From NCBI RefSeq assembly GCF_009914755.1, contig NC_060947.1: DNA of 64,000 nt. One strand, given 5' to 3'. A program made the position numbers and the translations under genes. The notes beneath the pieces are model-generated. The model had not been told where the DNA came from, searched no databases, and saw only the letters and a program-made list of their open reading frames with translations. Positions 17,107-29,565 of this stretch are shown here, in pieces. Every line of letters starts with the position of its first letter. The stretch's first letter is position 1. Source of the DNA: the human T2T-CHM13v2.0 reference genome, Homo sapiens.

Positions 17107-17652
17107 ACTACAAACCACTGTAATATCTCGAATTTTTTCTCCCCGCCAAGAACAATTTACACCCTGTTGAGAATGCGTATCTTGGATTATGCTTCCTAGC
17201 ACACACTGATTGAATTCAGCTGATGTTTCACCAGTTAAAGACTTCTCTATGCAAAGTCAAACTACTCTCCTGAAGTACACCACTCGAAAGAGCGTAAGAT
17301 AGAGAATAATTATTTAGTAAGTCACGTCTTGTCAACCAACAGGTCAAATCTCATTCCTTTTCTAAAAATAAGGAAGCCTACTAATATTAAATACCATATG
17401 GTTCCCAAGTCAAAATGGTGTTCAAGTCAAAAATCTTCTACCCACATATTCAAACTCTTCCACTTACAGAGAGAGGGGCAGGCTTTGCTCCCAGAAGGGA
17501 TAAAACTATGAGCTTGCAACAGCTACCACTTCATGTGCTGGTTTATTAGCACACATTTATTGAGCTCTGACTACATAGACTTTCAGCTTCACGAGGGCAT
17601 GGATTGTGTTTGGTTTTGCTCAACATTGTAGGATAAAGGAAAGAAAGAAGGG

Positions 17653-18060
17653 TCCAACAATGATAGACTGGATTAAGAAAATGTGGCACATATACACCAT
17701 GGAATACTATGCAGCCATAAAAAATGATGAATTCATGTCCTTTGTAGGGACATGGATGAAGCTGGAAACCATCATTCTCAGCAAACTATCGCAAGGATAA
17801 AAAACCAAACACCGCATGTTCTCACTCATAGGTGGGAATTGAACAATTAGAACACATGGACACAGGAAGGGGAATATCACACACCGGGGAATGTTGTGGG
17901 GTGGGGGAGGGGGGAGGGATAGCATTAGGAGATATACCTAACGCTAAATGACGAGTTAATGGGTGCAGCACACCAACATGGCACATGTATACATATGTAA
18001 CAAACCTGCACGTTGTGCATATGTACCCTAAAACTTAAAGTATAATAATAATTTAAAAAA
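17653..18060 (+). mobile_element. 5'-truncated L1PA3/4-like 3' end
   Basis: L1 3'UTR with A-tail; TSD aaagaaagaaggg at 17640-17652 and 18061-18073. Confidence 0.93.
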
Positions 18061-18809
18061 AAAGAAAGAAGGGAGAAAATAAGGAAACGGAGAGAAGGCA
18101 CTCTACTAAGTGACTTGAACACTACCTCTAAGAGTATTATACTTAGTGTGAAGATACAAACATATAAACAAGTATAAAAAATGAAGCGTTACAATCATTA
18201 TAAATAAAAATGTGTAGACATAATCAAATTACAAAGCAATAGTTAATTCTAACTAGTTGGAGGTCAAGGGCAAAGTGAAGTGCGTTACAAAAATGTTATG
18301 AAGACAAGACTGCATTAGGACTTTTGTGGGCCCTAAAACACTCTTGCCTTTGTGGTCCCCTTCCTCTATAGAAAATATATTGAAAAATAATAATTACAGT
18401 ACAATGAGATGAGTATAATTATCTGGCTGTTCTAGCAGCCCATATCCCGGATGTCTGGCAAAGACTTCCTGAGATCAAAATGTTTATGTGAGAAAGACCC
18501 TAAGAACAAGGTACAAGAGTGGCTGAGAGGTAGGGTAGAGAAACAGCCTGTTCAAAAGCTGGGAAGTGAGAGATCTATGTATGACTGGATGGAAAAGAGA
18601 GAGAACTTGTGAGAGATGAAGATAGGGAGGGAGGTGGAGATGGAGGGGGTGTCAAACTTTAGCAGGCCCTGTGTTAAGGGGTCTGGCTTTAGCCTAAGGA
18701 TAATGATAAGCCATTTAAAAGTGTCTGTGTTAGGAACTAACAGGACCAGGTTTACATTTGGGGCATTCATTCAGGCTGTATCACAGACAATGGACCAGTA
18801 GATATTCTA

Positions 18810-19985
18810 AGGGGACTTCTGGGCTCCCTCTTCTAGGCCAATACACCCATCCCTAGCAGCTAAGAATATTGGCTATTGAAGGCTCACAGCTGAGTCCTTC
18901 AATGGGAATTGCATCCAGCCACAGTGAACTGCCTTTTTCAAGGATAGACCCTCTCCCAGAAGGCACCCACAGGCATGCCTGGCCAATGTGGAAATACAAA
19001 GGCCCTGCTCCCTTAACTCAATCAGGAATAGCCCCAGCTCCTGAGCTTCCTGAAAGATTGGCTGAGGCTTCTGTTGTAACCATGTTTCTGGTTGTTTCTC
19101 CCTCTGCCTAATCCTACTCTATTTGTTACCTGTTGCTGCCACAAACTTAAAAGCTTAAAAAAATACACATTTATCATCTCACAGTGTCCATGGTCAAGAG
19201 TCTGGGCACAGCCTAACTGGTTCTTCTGCTCAGGCTGCAAAGTGTAGGTCAGACTGCATTCTCATCTGGAGATTTGAATGGGGAAAAATCTGCTTCCAAG
19301 CTTCCTCCAGTTGTTGTCAGAATTCATTTCCTTGTAAGACTGAGGATCCCAGCTTCTTGATAGCTGTTGGTTGGAGGCTGTCCTTGGTACCTAGAGGTCA
19401 CCAGCAATTCCTAGAGCAAGCTTGTCTAACCTGTGGCCTGTGGGCCGCTTGCAGCCCAGGGCAGCTTTGAATGTGGCCCAACACAGATTCGTAAACATTT
19501 TTGGCGAATTTTGTTTAGCTCATCAGGTATTGTTAGTGTTACTGTATTTTGTGTGACCCAAGACAATTCTTCTTCAAATTTGGCCCAGAGAAGCCAAAAG
19601 ATTGGACACCTCTGTCCTAGAAGCTGACCACAGTTTCTTTCACATGGGCTTTCCCAACATGGCCACTTACCGAATCAAGACAGCAAGAAGATCTCAAAAA
19701 CAAATCTGCTAGCAAGACAGACTCAGATATAATATAAAGTAATTGCAGGAGTGTGACATCTCATCACCTTTATTGTATTCTATTCATTAGAAGCAAGCCA
19801 CAGGTACCATACTCACTGAAGGGGAGGGGATTCTATGAAGGCATGAACACCAAGAGATGGGAATGATGCGGGCCACCTTAACAGCTGTCCGCCACACTTT
19901 GCCTTCCTCACTTCTTAAAGGTGTATCTCCTGAGCGCATGCCCCAATAAACCTGCTGTATGCAGCTACCTATCTTAGAGTTTGTA
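18810..19985. mobile_element. Nested elements: LTR16-like containing MLT1 (~19115-19895, minus) containing MER30 (19417-19614)
   Basis: MER30 has 8-bp TSD tcctagag/tcctagaa; MLT1 text cacaaactta...catttatcatctcacag; LTR16-type ccccaataaacctgctgtatgca end. Confidence 0.6.
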
Positions 19986-20309
19986 TGCAAGGAGGCACAC
20001 TGGAGGCAGGGAAGTGAGTTAGAGACTACTGCTGTAACTTTAACTATGAGTGATAGCAGTGGGAAATTGAGTAGCAAATTTTATTTTCATTAATAAATGT
20101 ATAATCATTGTTCCTAGAATTTAGAATTATTCATGGCCTATCTGGAAATAGAATCAACCTAAAAACTACAAGGTGTCTTCAAACAAGGATACACACAACA
20201 AAAATAATTCATTTCTATGGTTGTAGAGCAGATTAAAGATAACTAATAAAAACAAGACTATGTTCCACAGTGTGAAAATAAATTCCAGACCACAATCAGT
20301 CACACAATC

Positions 20310-20955
20310 AAAAAGAGATGATTATTACTTTATTAAGTTAGCACAGATTGGACTTTTACAAATTGTAGAAATGGTCAACAAATAGAATTGTCCTATTAGG
20401 GGCTGATATTCAGAAAATATATAATCAACTGTTGGTGTGATAACAGGATAAAATTCCACCCTGTATATGAGTAATTCCATTTTTATCCATCCATTTACAA
20501 TAATTACTTCTCACTTTTGTTTACTTAGTCATATACAGAGTGATATAAGTGATCGTCAAAAAGGATCCATTTTCAATGATTTCTACACCATATTATATGT
20601 ATTCTCCACTGGAAAATTTATTTTTCCTTAGGTCTTTGAAGTGTGAAAATATATACATATGCCTGATCTTATTTCTAAAAATGCTTAAATCAATAACTAC
20701 AAATACCACATGACCACATTTATACACTATACTGTCAGAAAAATATTTTAGAATATTTTGAGTCGTGAATAGCTTATGATTTCAGTGGTGTTGGTGGGTA
20801 TAATTGATTGCTTTTCACTTTCAAGCACATTCAAAATTTATTACAAAAGAAGAATGGTGAAACAAAATATATGATCTGCTCTTGGTATTTCAGGATGCTC
20901 AGCAGTCACACAGAAACAAATGTTTAATTTCTTGAGGAAGCAGAACAACAGCCCT
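20310..20955 (-). other. CLTRN: CLTRN 3'UTR (3' end approximate)
   Basis: AT-rich, repeat-free sequence between the stop codon and the AATAAA signal. Confidence 0.75.
20329..20334 (-). terminator. CLTRN: CLTRN polyadenylation signal AATAAA
   Basis: TTTATT on plus strand, followed on the minus strand by a U/GU-rich downstream tract (TTTTTGATTGTGTGACTGATTGTGGT). Confidence 0.8.
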
Positions 20956-21112
20956 TCAGAGAGGGGTGAGCCTCTCATCCTCTGTCATGAAGGCATCATT
21001 AATATGCCCTCCCTTCATGTCCAGGGGATCAGAGGGGATGCCATTTTCAATTGTGATCATGTTTTCACACTTATCTTCAGCGTCATCCACTTCAGATGGT
21101 TCTTTGTTCTTT
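20956..21112 (-). CDS. CLTRN: Collectrin CDS exon 6, cytoplasmic tail (KNKEPSEVDD...DERLTPL-stop)
   Basis: Inside ORF 20956..21162; TTTTAG acceptor; 157 nt; all six exons sum to 669 nt = 222 aa + stop. Confidence 0.98.
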
Positions 21113-22373
21113 CTAAAAGCACATAAAAAAGAGTGATTGGCATCTAGAAGGACCATAACCATGGTTGCATATGGTCTTCTGAACGAACATGGAGAACAGG
21201 AAGGGGAATAGGAACCTTAGAACAATGAAATAATTTAATGATATTGTGTAATTTTCAAACGAATTTCAAAGACCATAAAGAGTTGGTGAGGTGAAAAGAT
21301 ACTATCAAGATGAGAAGTCTGTATAGATGACATATACATAGTGATCAACACAAGTGGTCTTATTCAGAATACTAAAATCAATATAGATGAATATGTATAT
21401 GAATATGAGTGTATATGCACATATATACACATAGACACTCACACACACAAATTGCATGAAGTAATGTGAAGAAAATGCATAGTAAATTCGCAAGTTTAAA
21501 ATCCATCTCTAGGAGAACTTAATAACAATTGAATTGCTAAAAGTAATAAATTCCTCTCATGGGATTTGACAAATTAATGGTCTGAAAATGTTGAGTGAAA
21601 ATCAAATAGAAATGAGCTATCAGAAAGAAAATTAACATTACTTTGTAGAAAGTAAGTGCTATAAACTTCAAATATTGCTGCTTGGCTCTACTCATTACAA
21701 AATAATTGTGTTAATTTGCAAGTCACGATTTTGGAACTCAGAATACATTTTCCCTAATTACTTTACAACTTGTAGTTATAATTCCAGGTCACTCCAAAAA
21801 TTCCATATGACAGGATAAATTCTTGAGTTTCTCATAGTTTCACCCTTTGTAGACCTTGCTGACCCCAACCGAAGTAATATGCAGATCTGTAATATTTCTT
21901 TGGAGTGTGGAAAACAGTAGACTCAAATTCAAAGGTTTTTCCTGTCTTTTGTGAAAGACTAAAACAATGAGACAATTATGCTTGATATCATGCAGTAAAA
22001 GAAAAAAGAGAGGTGGGTGCCTCTAGGCAACCAGAAGAAGGAGGGGTTTCCCTAAGGCTTATCACAGGTTGGATGTTGGAGCACCACTCCATGGTGACAC
22101 CACGGAGGCATGATGTTAGGCATGAGGCTCCTGGACTTGCAAAGGATTCTCTTGTCCCACGAATTTGTGGAAATGCCAAATAGCAGAAAAGAATAGATCA
22201 TCTGGCTGAGATGTTGGGCACTGCAGTGGTGACCAGGTAGAGTCCCACCACTATGAGAGTCCCTTAGAACCTTGGTGAGTCTCTGACAGGTGAGGAGATG
22301 GTGAAGGTGCCCCAATGATGACCGAGATGGAATTCCTATTAGTCCTGCGTGAGAATGTGCTTTAAAGGATATG

Positions 22374-22414
22374 GTGCACATGTACCCTAGAACTTAAAGT
22401 ATAATAAAAAAAAA
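22374..22414 (+). mobile_element. Ultra-short L1PA 3' terminus
   Basis: gtgcacatgtaccctagaacttaaagtataataaaaaaaaa equals the last ~30 nt of L1PA plus tail. Confidence 0.75.
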
Positions 22415-23009
22415 TTTTTTTTAAATCATCTTTCCCACCCACATGATTTTCCTGACTCCATTCCTGTCCTCTGTATCATTTTCCCCTATCAGTTTTATTG
22501 AGGTATAATTGACAAATAAAAATTGTATATATTTCAAAAAAAGAATATGGTGGAAGAAAGTGGAGAAAAGAGAAAGCTCTTTTTTTATAGAAGAATGCCA
22601 ACGAATATAGAAAGAGTAATAGGAACAGAAAATCACCATATAATAATAATTGATTCTGATGAGGATTATCAATGGATACTAAACCATTATGTGAGAGACG
22701 GTTGGAGAACAGGATATTCACATGGTTTCAAGATATCACCCCCATAAGCAAAATATTAATTATAAAAGGACACTTGTATTTTGCTAAAAGAGAAATCTAG
22801 TGAAAATTTCCAACAATGAAAGAAACTGACAAGTCTCTCCTGATGTGATACACTGAGTAGATCACATATATGTTTTTCCTGTGTTCCAGCCCCGCCCCCT
22901 CCAATTTGTTTTGACCTGAATCTCATAATAAGGAGCCTAATCAGAAAAATCCAAATTTAAAAATGTTTTGCAAAACAGCTGACCTGGACTCAGCACAGAG
23001 TAGGCATTC

Positions 23010-23395
23010 AACTGTATGGGTAGATGAATCAATGAATGTAGATTAATGGCTGACTGGCTGGATAATAAATACATGGATGGACAGAAGATGGGTGGGTGGC
23101 TGAACAAATGATGAAAGGTGGATGGACAGATGGATAAAATAATCAATGAATGTAGTTCAATTGCTGGTTGGCTAGATGATATATTAATGGCTGGCTGGCT
23201 GAATGGATGGATGGATGGATGGATAGATGGACAGAAGATAGATGGTAGATTGAACAATTAGATGTATGTATGTATGGACTAATGTTGTAGGTAAAGTTAC
23301 TCAGGCAGTAGCCCTAGGTAGACCTTGAACGGGCTTTACCACAAGAAAGAAAGAAGGAAGGAAGGAAGGAAGGAAGGAAGGAAGGAAGGAAGGGA
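23010..23395. repeat. Degenerate (GGAT)n followed by (GGAA)9 at 23356-23391
   Basis: Direct reading. Confidence 0.9.
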
Positions 23396-25206
23396 ATTTT
23401 ACACACAAGAAATTTCTTGTATCTCTTGTATTTTAGGCTTTGCTGATGGTTTATTAAATAATTTCAAATAGTTGTTCATTTAAAACAAAGGTAAAGTAGC
23501 ATTCCAATTCTGTAGATCCCAATGTCATCATTTGAAAGTATTTTACCATTGCATATGCCACCATCAAATATCACAATTAAACACAATAGGCAATCACTGA
23601 ATTGCAGATGCCACATTTTAAACATTTATTAATAAAACTTCTGGCCCAATGCTGGGTTGAAAGTCAGGAGTTGTGGTCCTAGAGACCTAGGGAAAGATAG
23701 GCTGCTATATTTTTCCATCCTTGGAGTGAAGACACCACACTGGTCATGGCAAGCATCAGCAATCAGCAATCAGCATGGGTTGGGGTGGACATAGATTTTA
23801 ATGTGATGAGAGGATCCTCCCAGGTGAAATTACCCACCAGAGGATTAGAACACTTTGGTTCCTCTTCCTATAGATAGGTGTATTGTTCACTTTCCACGTC
23901 CTCCAGAAAGCAAAGGAAATCAACATTCTATAACCATCAATCACATCACTTCCATTCATAGTATCCAACATTCACTAACAGCTACATTTTGAGCGTCTAC
24001 TATGTGTATGGAAGAGATACAGTCCTTGTCCTAAAATGAACTCAATGAAAGGGAAAAATGCCATATATACTCATCCTCCCTCTCCCCATTTTAATGCTTT
24101 ATAAGAGAGAGGAATGTTTCTTCTAAAGATGAAGCTGTAAGTAGCAAATGTCTATTTATAAATCATCATTTAAAATGGCTATCTCATGTAAATTCCCCCA
24201 AAATCACTCCTCACTGGGCTTGGAGTGAATGATAATTTTCCACAACAATAAATAGATTGTGGACAGCCAAATTTTACCCTGATATTTGTATATGTTAAGT
24301 ATGAAGCCTGTATTACAAACATTTTAGTAAAGGAAGCATTCTGAAGTAGGTGGCAATGCAATAGCAGTCTTAGAAATAATAATTGCCAGGGCCTATTTTC
24401 CAGTTTCTTCAGTTAATAAAAAAAAGTATTTATGGAGTTAGAAGAAAAATAACAAAGAGCTAGACGTATGTGATGATCATTACAAGGAATCTCGCTTCCC
24501 CCTTCCCAGCAACAAGGAAAAATGATTCATCAGGCATCACGAAAGAATGGGGAAAAACTAAAAAGGAAGATGTAAACAAATGAGGACAAGTTTTTCTTCT
24601 TTAGAATAAGAATAATATCTCAACCAAAAAGATTCCAAGGGGAATTGCTGTAGAAATTTATCAAACTGAGCTGTGTCAGTGGCAAATTAGGTGCATATTG
24701 TTCTTTTACAACCATAGATCCAGTTGCAGAGTCCTGGCATTGCTGGGCTTCACCAATTGCAGTGTCAGGAACTTGCTGCTTGGTGGACATGATAAGCAGC
24801 TCAAAGGCTATCTAACAGTAATATATCACTTTGTCACATTTCATAGTGTTTGCTGTAATAAATTGATTCACTACCTGTGCATTGCTTTTACTAAGAATAA
24901 TAAAACTTAACTATCTTTCTGGATCATTCTGATTTGATGTTCTGCTAAAAACATGAGTTCTTTTTCCTGAAAACTAAAATCAAGTGTTAATTACTTCTGC
25001 TATTCCTGCAATGTCAGGGGGTTCAGGAAGAGGATGAAAAAACTGATTAAAATTCCTGGAACGAGCTCCTAGAAGCCTTGAGAGTGAATATCTCTCATAT
25101 ACCTCATAAATATAGAGAGAAGAGGGGCAAAAGAGGGGAGAAAAGAAGTATCAGGTGTGGCCCTCAGAGCTAGGGGATGTTGAGGAACGGGGTTTGCTCT
25201 GTTCTA

Positions 25207-26109
<903 letters not shown>

Positions 26110-27404
26110 TTACTATTACTTTCTAACCATGTGACTGTAGGCAAGTTGCTTTACATGTGCCATATAATAGCAATGATAATGCTAATGATAATATTAAGTA
26201 TTTATTACATGGTAGAAATCAGACTAGGTGTTTTGTATGCATCATCTCACTTAATTCTTACTGCAATATTATGCATATTTTATTATCACTGTTTTTCAAA
26301 TCCATCGTTTTAACCACTCAGCCACGACTACGTGCCTCATCTCTGTTTTTCAGATGAAGGAATTGACACTCAAATACGTAGAGTAACTTGTCTTTCAGAA
26401 TGAAACAAGACTGGTGAAAGGAGTTGACCTAGAACTCTATTTACTCTCCCCAGGCTTTACTCAACACACTTACATTAGATTTTTATCAGGTATGTATATT
26501 TAAGAACAGCAAAGAAAAACATTTGTTATATTCGCTATGACATTACTCATTTTATTTACACCTCTATTTTTAAGACTATTCATTTAATTAAGACTTTATA
26601 AGAATGTGGTTTCAGGATATAAAAGTGTTGACTGAGCCACATCCGCTTGTGTGAAAAACAAGATCTGTGGAAATCCAAATGCATTTTTATTTACTATTGA
26701 CCTTATGGGAATATAAGTATAACTAGAAACAAACCAAGCAAATTTACTAATGACTCTACTCAGCTGGGAGCATTAGCTAGGGTTCTATGTCCTAAGTCTT
26801 TGACCTGGCTTTGTTACTATAAGATTACAATCTCCTTTTAGGCAAGGACCATCCATGTTATTTATGTTTGTCTCATCCACAATACATACTATAGCTCCTA
26901 TCACAGAATGGATGGTCAATAAAACAATAAAATATTCTTACTTATCTGGGCTTTGGTTTCTGGAGGGTTGGATTTGGATCATTGTTAAGGTCCCTTCCTA
27001 AGACCCAGTTGTGATCTTAGATACAACTAAGGTCTAACATTATAACAGTCTATTTATATACTGGATTCAACATCAATTCTAGTATATACATGTAAATCTG
27101 AAATTGTGCTGTGTCCATGACTGTCCTTGTAAACTACAAAGTTCCAGGTTATATAAAATTAGCACTTTATAACTGCTTTTTATGGTCATGCTAGTAACTT
27201 AAATTGATATAGCACTTTCTAGCATGTAAACCACTAGATATATTCTCTGATTTTGTCTTCTCATCATTACACTATTTAAGAAAATATTATCATCATTTTC
27301 CTTATGTGACCTGCTCAAGGACACAGCTAACAAATGCCAGAGCCTGAGACTGGAACCCAAAACAAAGAGTCTTAGTTTAGGGCTCTTTCTATTAAAACAC
27401 ACAT

Positions 27405-27488
27405 CACATTATCAACTTCATCACCATCACCATCACCATCATCACCATCACCATCACTATCACCATCATCATTATCACTACCATCATA
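27405..27488. repeat. (CAT/CAC)n low-complexity trinucleotide repeat
   Basis: Direct reading. Confidence 0.85.
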
Positions 27489-27633
27489 AAATTGACCATA
27501 CAACTAACACACCTACTTCTAGCCTGTGGCTAGACACTAAATCTAGTAGAGACATTATTGTGAAGTATATGCAGTTCATCCTGGTTGCCTTCCCACTTGT
27601 TCTGCTCCCTAATTGTTGCCCCAAATTTTCAAA

Positions 27634-27955
27634 ATCATTCTCAGTAAACTATCGCAAGAACAAAAAATCAAACACCGCATATTCTCACTCATAGGTGGGA
27701 ACTGAACAATGAGATCACATGGACACAGGAAGGGGAATATCACACTCTGGGGACTGTTGTGGGGTGGGGGGAGGGGGGAGGGATAGCATTGGGAGATATA
27801 CCTAATGCTAGATGACGAGTTAGTGGGTGCAGCGCACCAGCATGGCACATGTATACATATGTAACTAACCTGCACAATGTGCACATGTACCCTAAAACTT
27901 AAATTATAATAATAATAAAAAATAAATAAATAAATAAATAAATAAAAGAAAAAAA
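27634..27955 (+). mobile_element. Young L1 3' end (L1PA2-like)
   Basis: gctagatgacgagttagtgggtgcagcgcaccagcatgg (GAG, not the Ta ACA), CpGs retained, patterned A-tail. Confidence 0.9.
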
Positions 27956-28073
27956 ATCGCTTTTCCAACTTCTTTCCTTCAACAAATCTCTCATTTTCAC
28001 AAACTGCTATTCTCATCTAGAGGGCAATAGAGAAGCAACCTCTTCTAGGTATTTCACAAAGAGGTGGCAGCTG

Positions 28074-28327
28074 TAATGGTGTGCTAGATCTGGCTGGTAC
28101 AGGTTTTCAAGGGCTGATTGCTAAATATTCAGAATTTTTCAGCCTTGATGGGAAATTGGCAAATGCTACAAATTAGGGTATTTATTCAGAATTTTTCAGC
28201 CTTGATGGGAAACTGGCAAATGCTACAAATCAGGGTATTTATTCAGAATTTTTCAGCCTTGATGGGAAACTGGCAAATGCTACAAATCAGGGTATTTTTT
28301 AGAGAGCTGGTTAACCAATTCACCACT
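28074..28327 (+). mobile_element. MER63 (hAT-Blackjack) with internal 57-bp triplication
   Basis: tggtgtgct...caccact termini and ggaaattggcaaatgctacaaatcaggg core. Confidence 0.7.
28127..28297. repeat. 3 x 57-bp tandem repeat
   Basis: Units start at 28127, 28184 and 28241; units 2 and 3 identical, unit 1 differs at 2 positions. Confidence 0.97.
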
Positions 28328-28384
28328 ATTGTGGTGACCAGTAGACCTCATAGAATTATTTGCATTTTTAAAAAGTGTTTATTC

Positions 28385-29565
28385 AGCATGGTAGTGGCAT
28401 CAAAACAGACACATAGACAAATGGAACAGAATAGCAAGGACAGAAATAAATCCATGCACTTATGGTCAACAGATCTTCAACAAAGATGGCAAGAACACAC
28501 AATGAGGAAAGAACAATCTCTTCAATAAAAGGTGTTAGGAAAACTGGATATCTCGATGCAAAAGAATGAAACTGGATTGTTGTCTCACATCAAATACAAA
28601 AATCAACTCAAAATAGATTAAAGACTTAAACCTAAGACCTGAAACTATAAAACTACTAGAAGAAAACATAGGAGAAAAGCTCCATGACATTGGTCTGGGC
28701 AATGACCCCAAAAGCACAAAAACAAATTCAAAAATAGACAAATGGGATTTACATCAAAATGAAACGTTTCTGCACAGCAAAGGAGTTAATATCCAAAAAT
28801 ATATAAGAAACTCAAACAACTCAATAACAAGAAAACAAATAACCTAATTTTAAAATGGGGAAAGGATGTCAATAGAAAATTTTCAAAAGAAGACATACAA
28901 ATGCCCAACGGGTACATGAAAGAATGCTCAACTTCACTAATCATCAGGGAAATGCAAATCAAAACCACAATGAGATACCACCTCACGCCTATTAGAATAC
29001 CTATTATCAAAAAGACGAAACATAGCAAGTGTTGGTGAGGATGTGGAGAAAAGGGAACCCTGGTACACTACTGCAGGAAATGTAAATTAGTACAGCCATT
29101 ATGGAAAACAGTATGGAAGTTCCTCAAAAAATAAAAAATAAACTTCCATATGATCCAGCAATCCCACTCTGGGTATATACCCAAAAGAATTGAAACCATT
29201 ATGTCAAAGAGATTTCTGCACTTTTATGTTCAACCCAGCACTACTCACAACAGCCAAGGTATGGAATCAACCTAAGTGTCCATCAATGAATGAATGGATA
29301 AAGAAAATGTGGTACAATGAAATACTATTCAGCCTTTAAAAAGAAGGAAATCCTGACATTTGTGACAATAAGGATCAACCTGAAGAACAGTATGCTAAAT
29401 GAAATAAGCCAGGCACAGAAAGACAAATGCCACATAAATAAGTTGAATTTATATGTTAATTATTTGATTTAGCCATTTCATAATATATACATATATCAAA
29501 ACATCACCTTATATGCCATAAATATATACAACTTTTATTTGTTAACAACACCTTAATAAAATAAA
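28385..29565 (+). mobile_element. Older L1 (L1MA-like) ORF2 3' end and 3'UTR with internal deletions
   Basis: L1 ORF2 homology (aaatgcaaatcaaaaccacaatgagataccacctcac). Confidence 0.85.

Noticed and set aside
28118-28528. 136-aa ORF with a 19-aa triple repeat; also considered as a CRISPR-like array
   Set aside because: It is a by-product of the 57-bp tandem repeat running into L1; there are no spacers or cas genes, and the DNA is human intron
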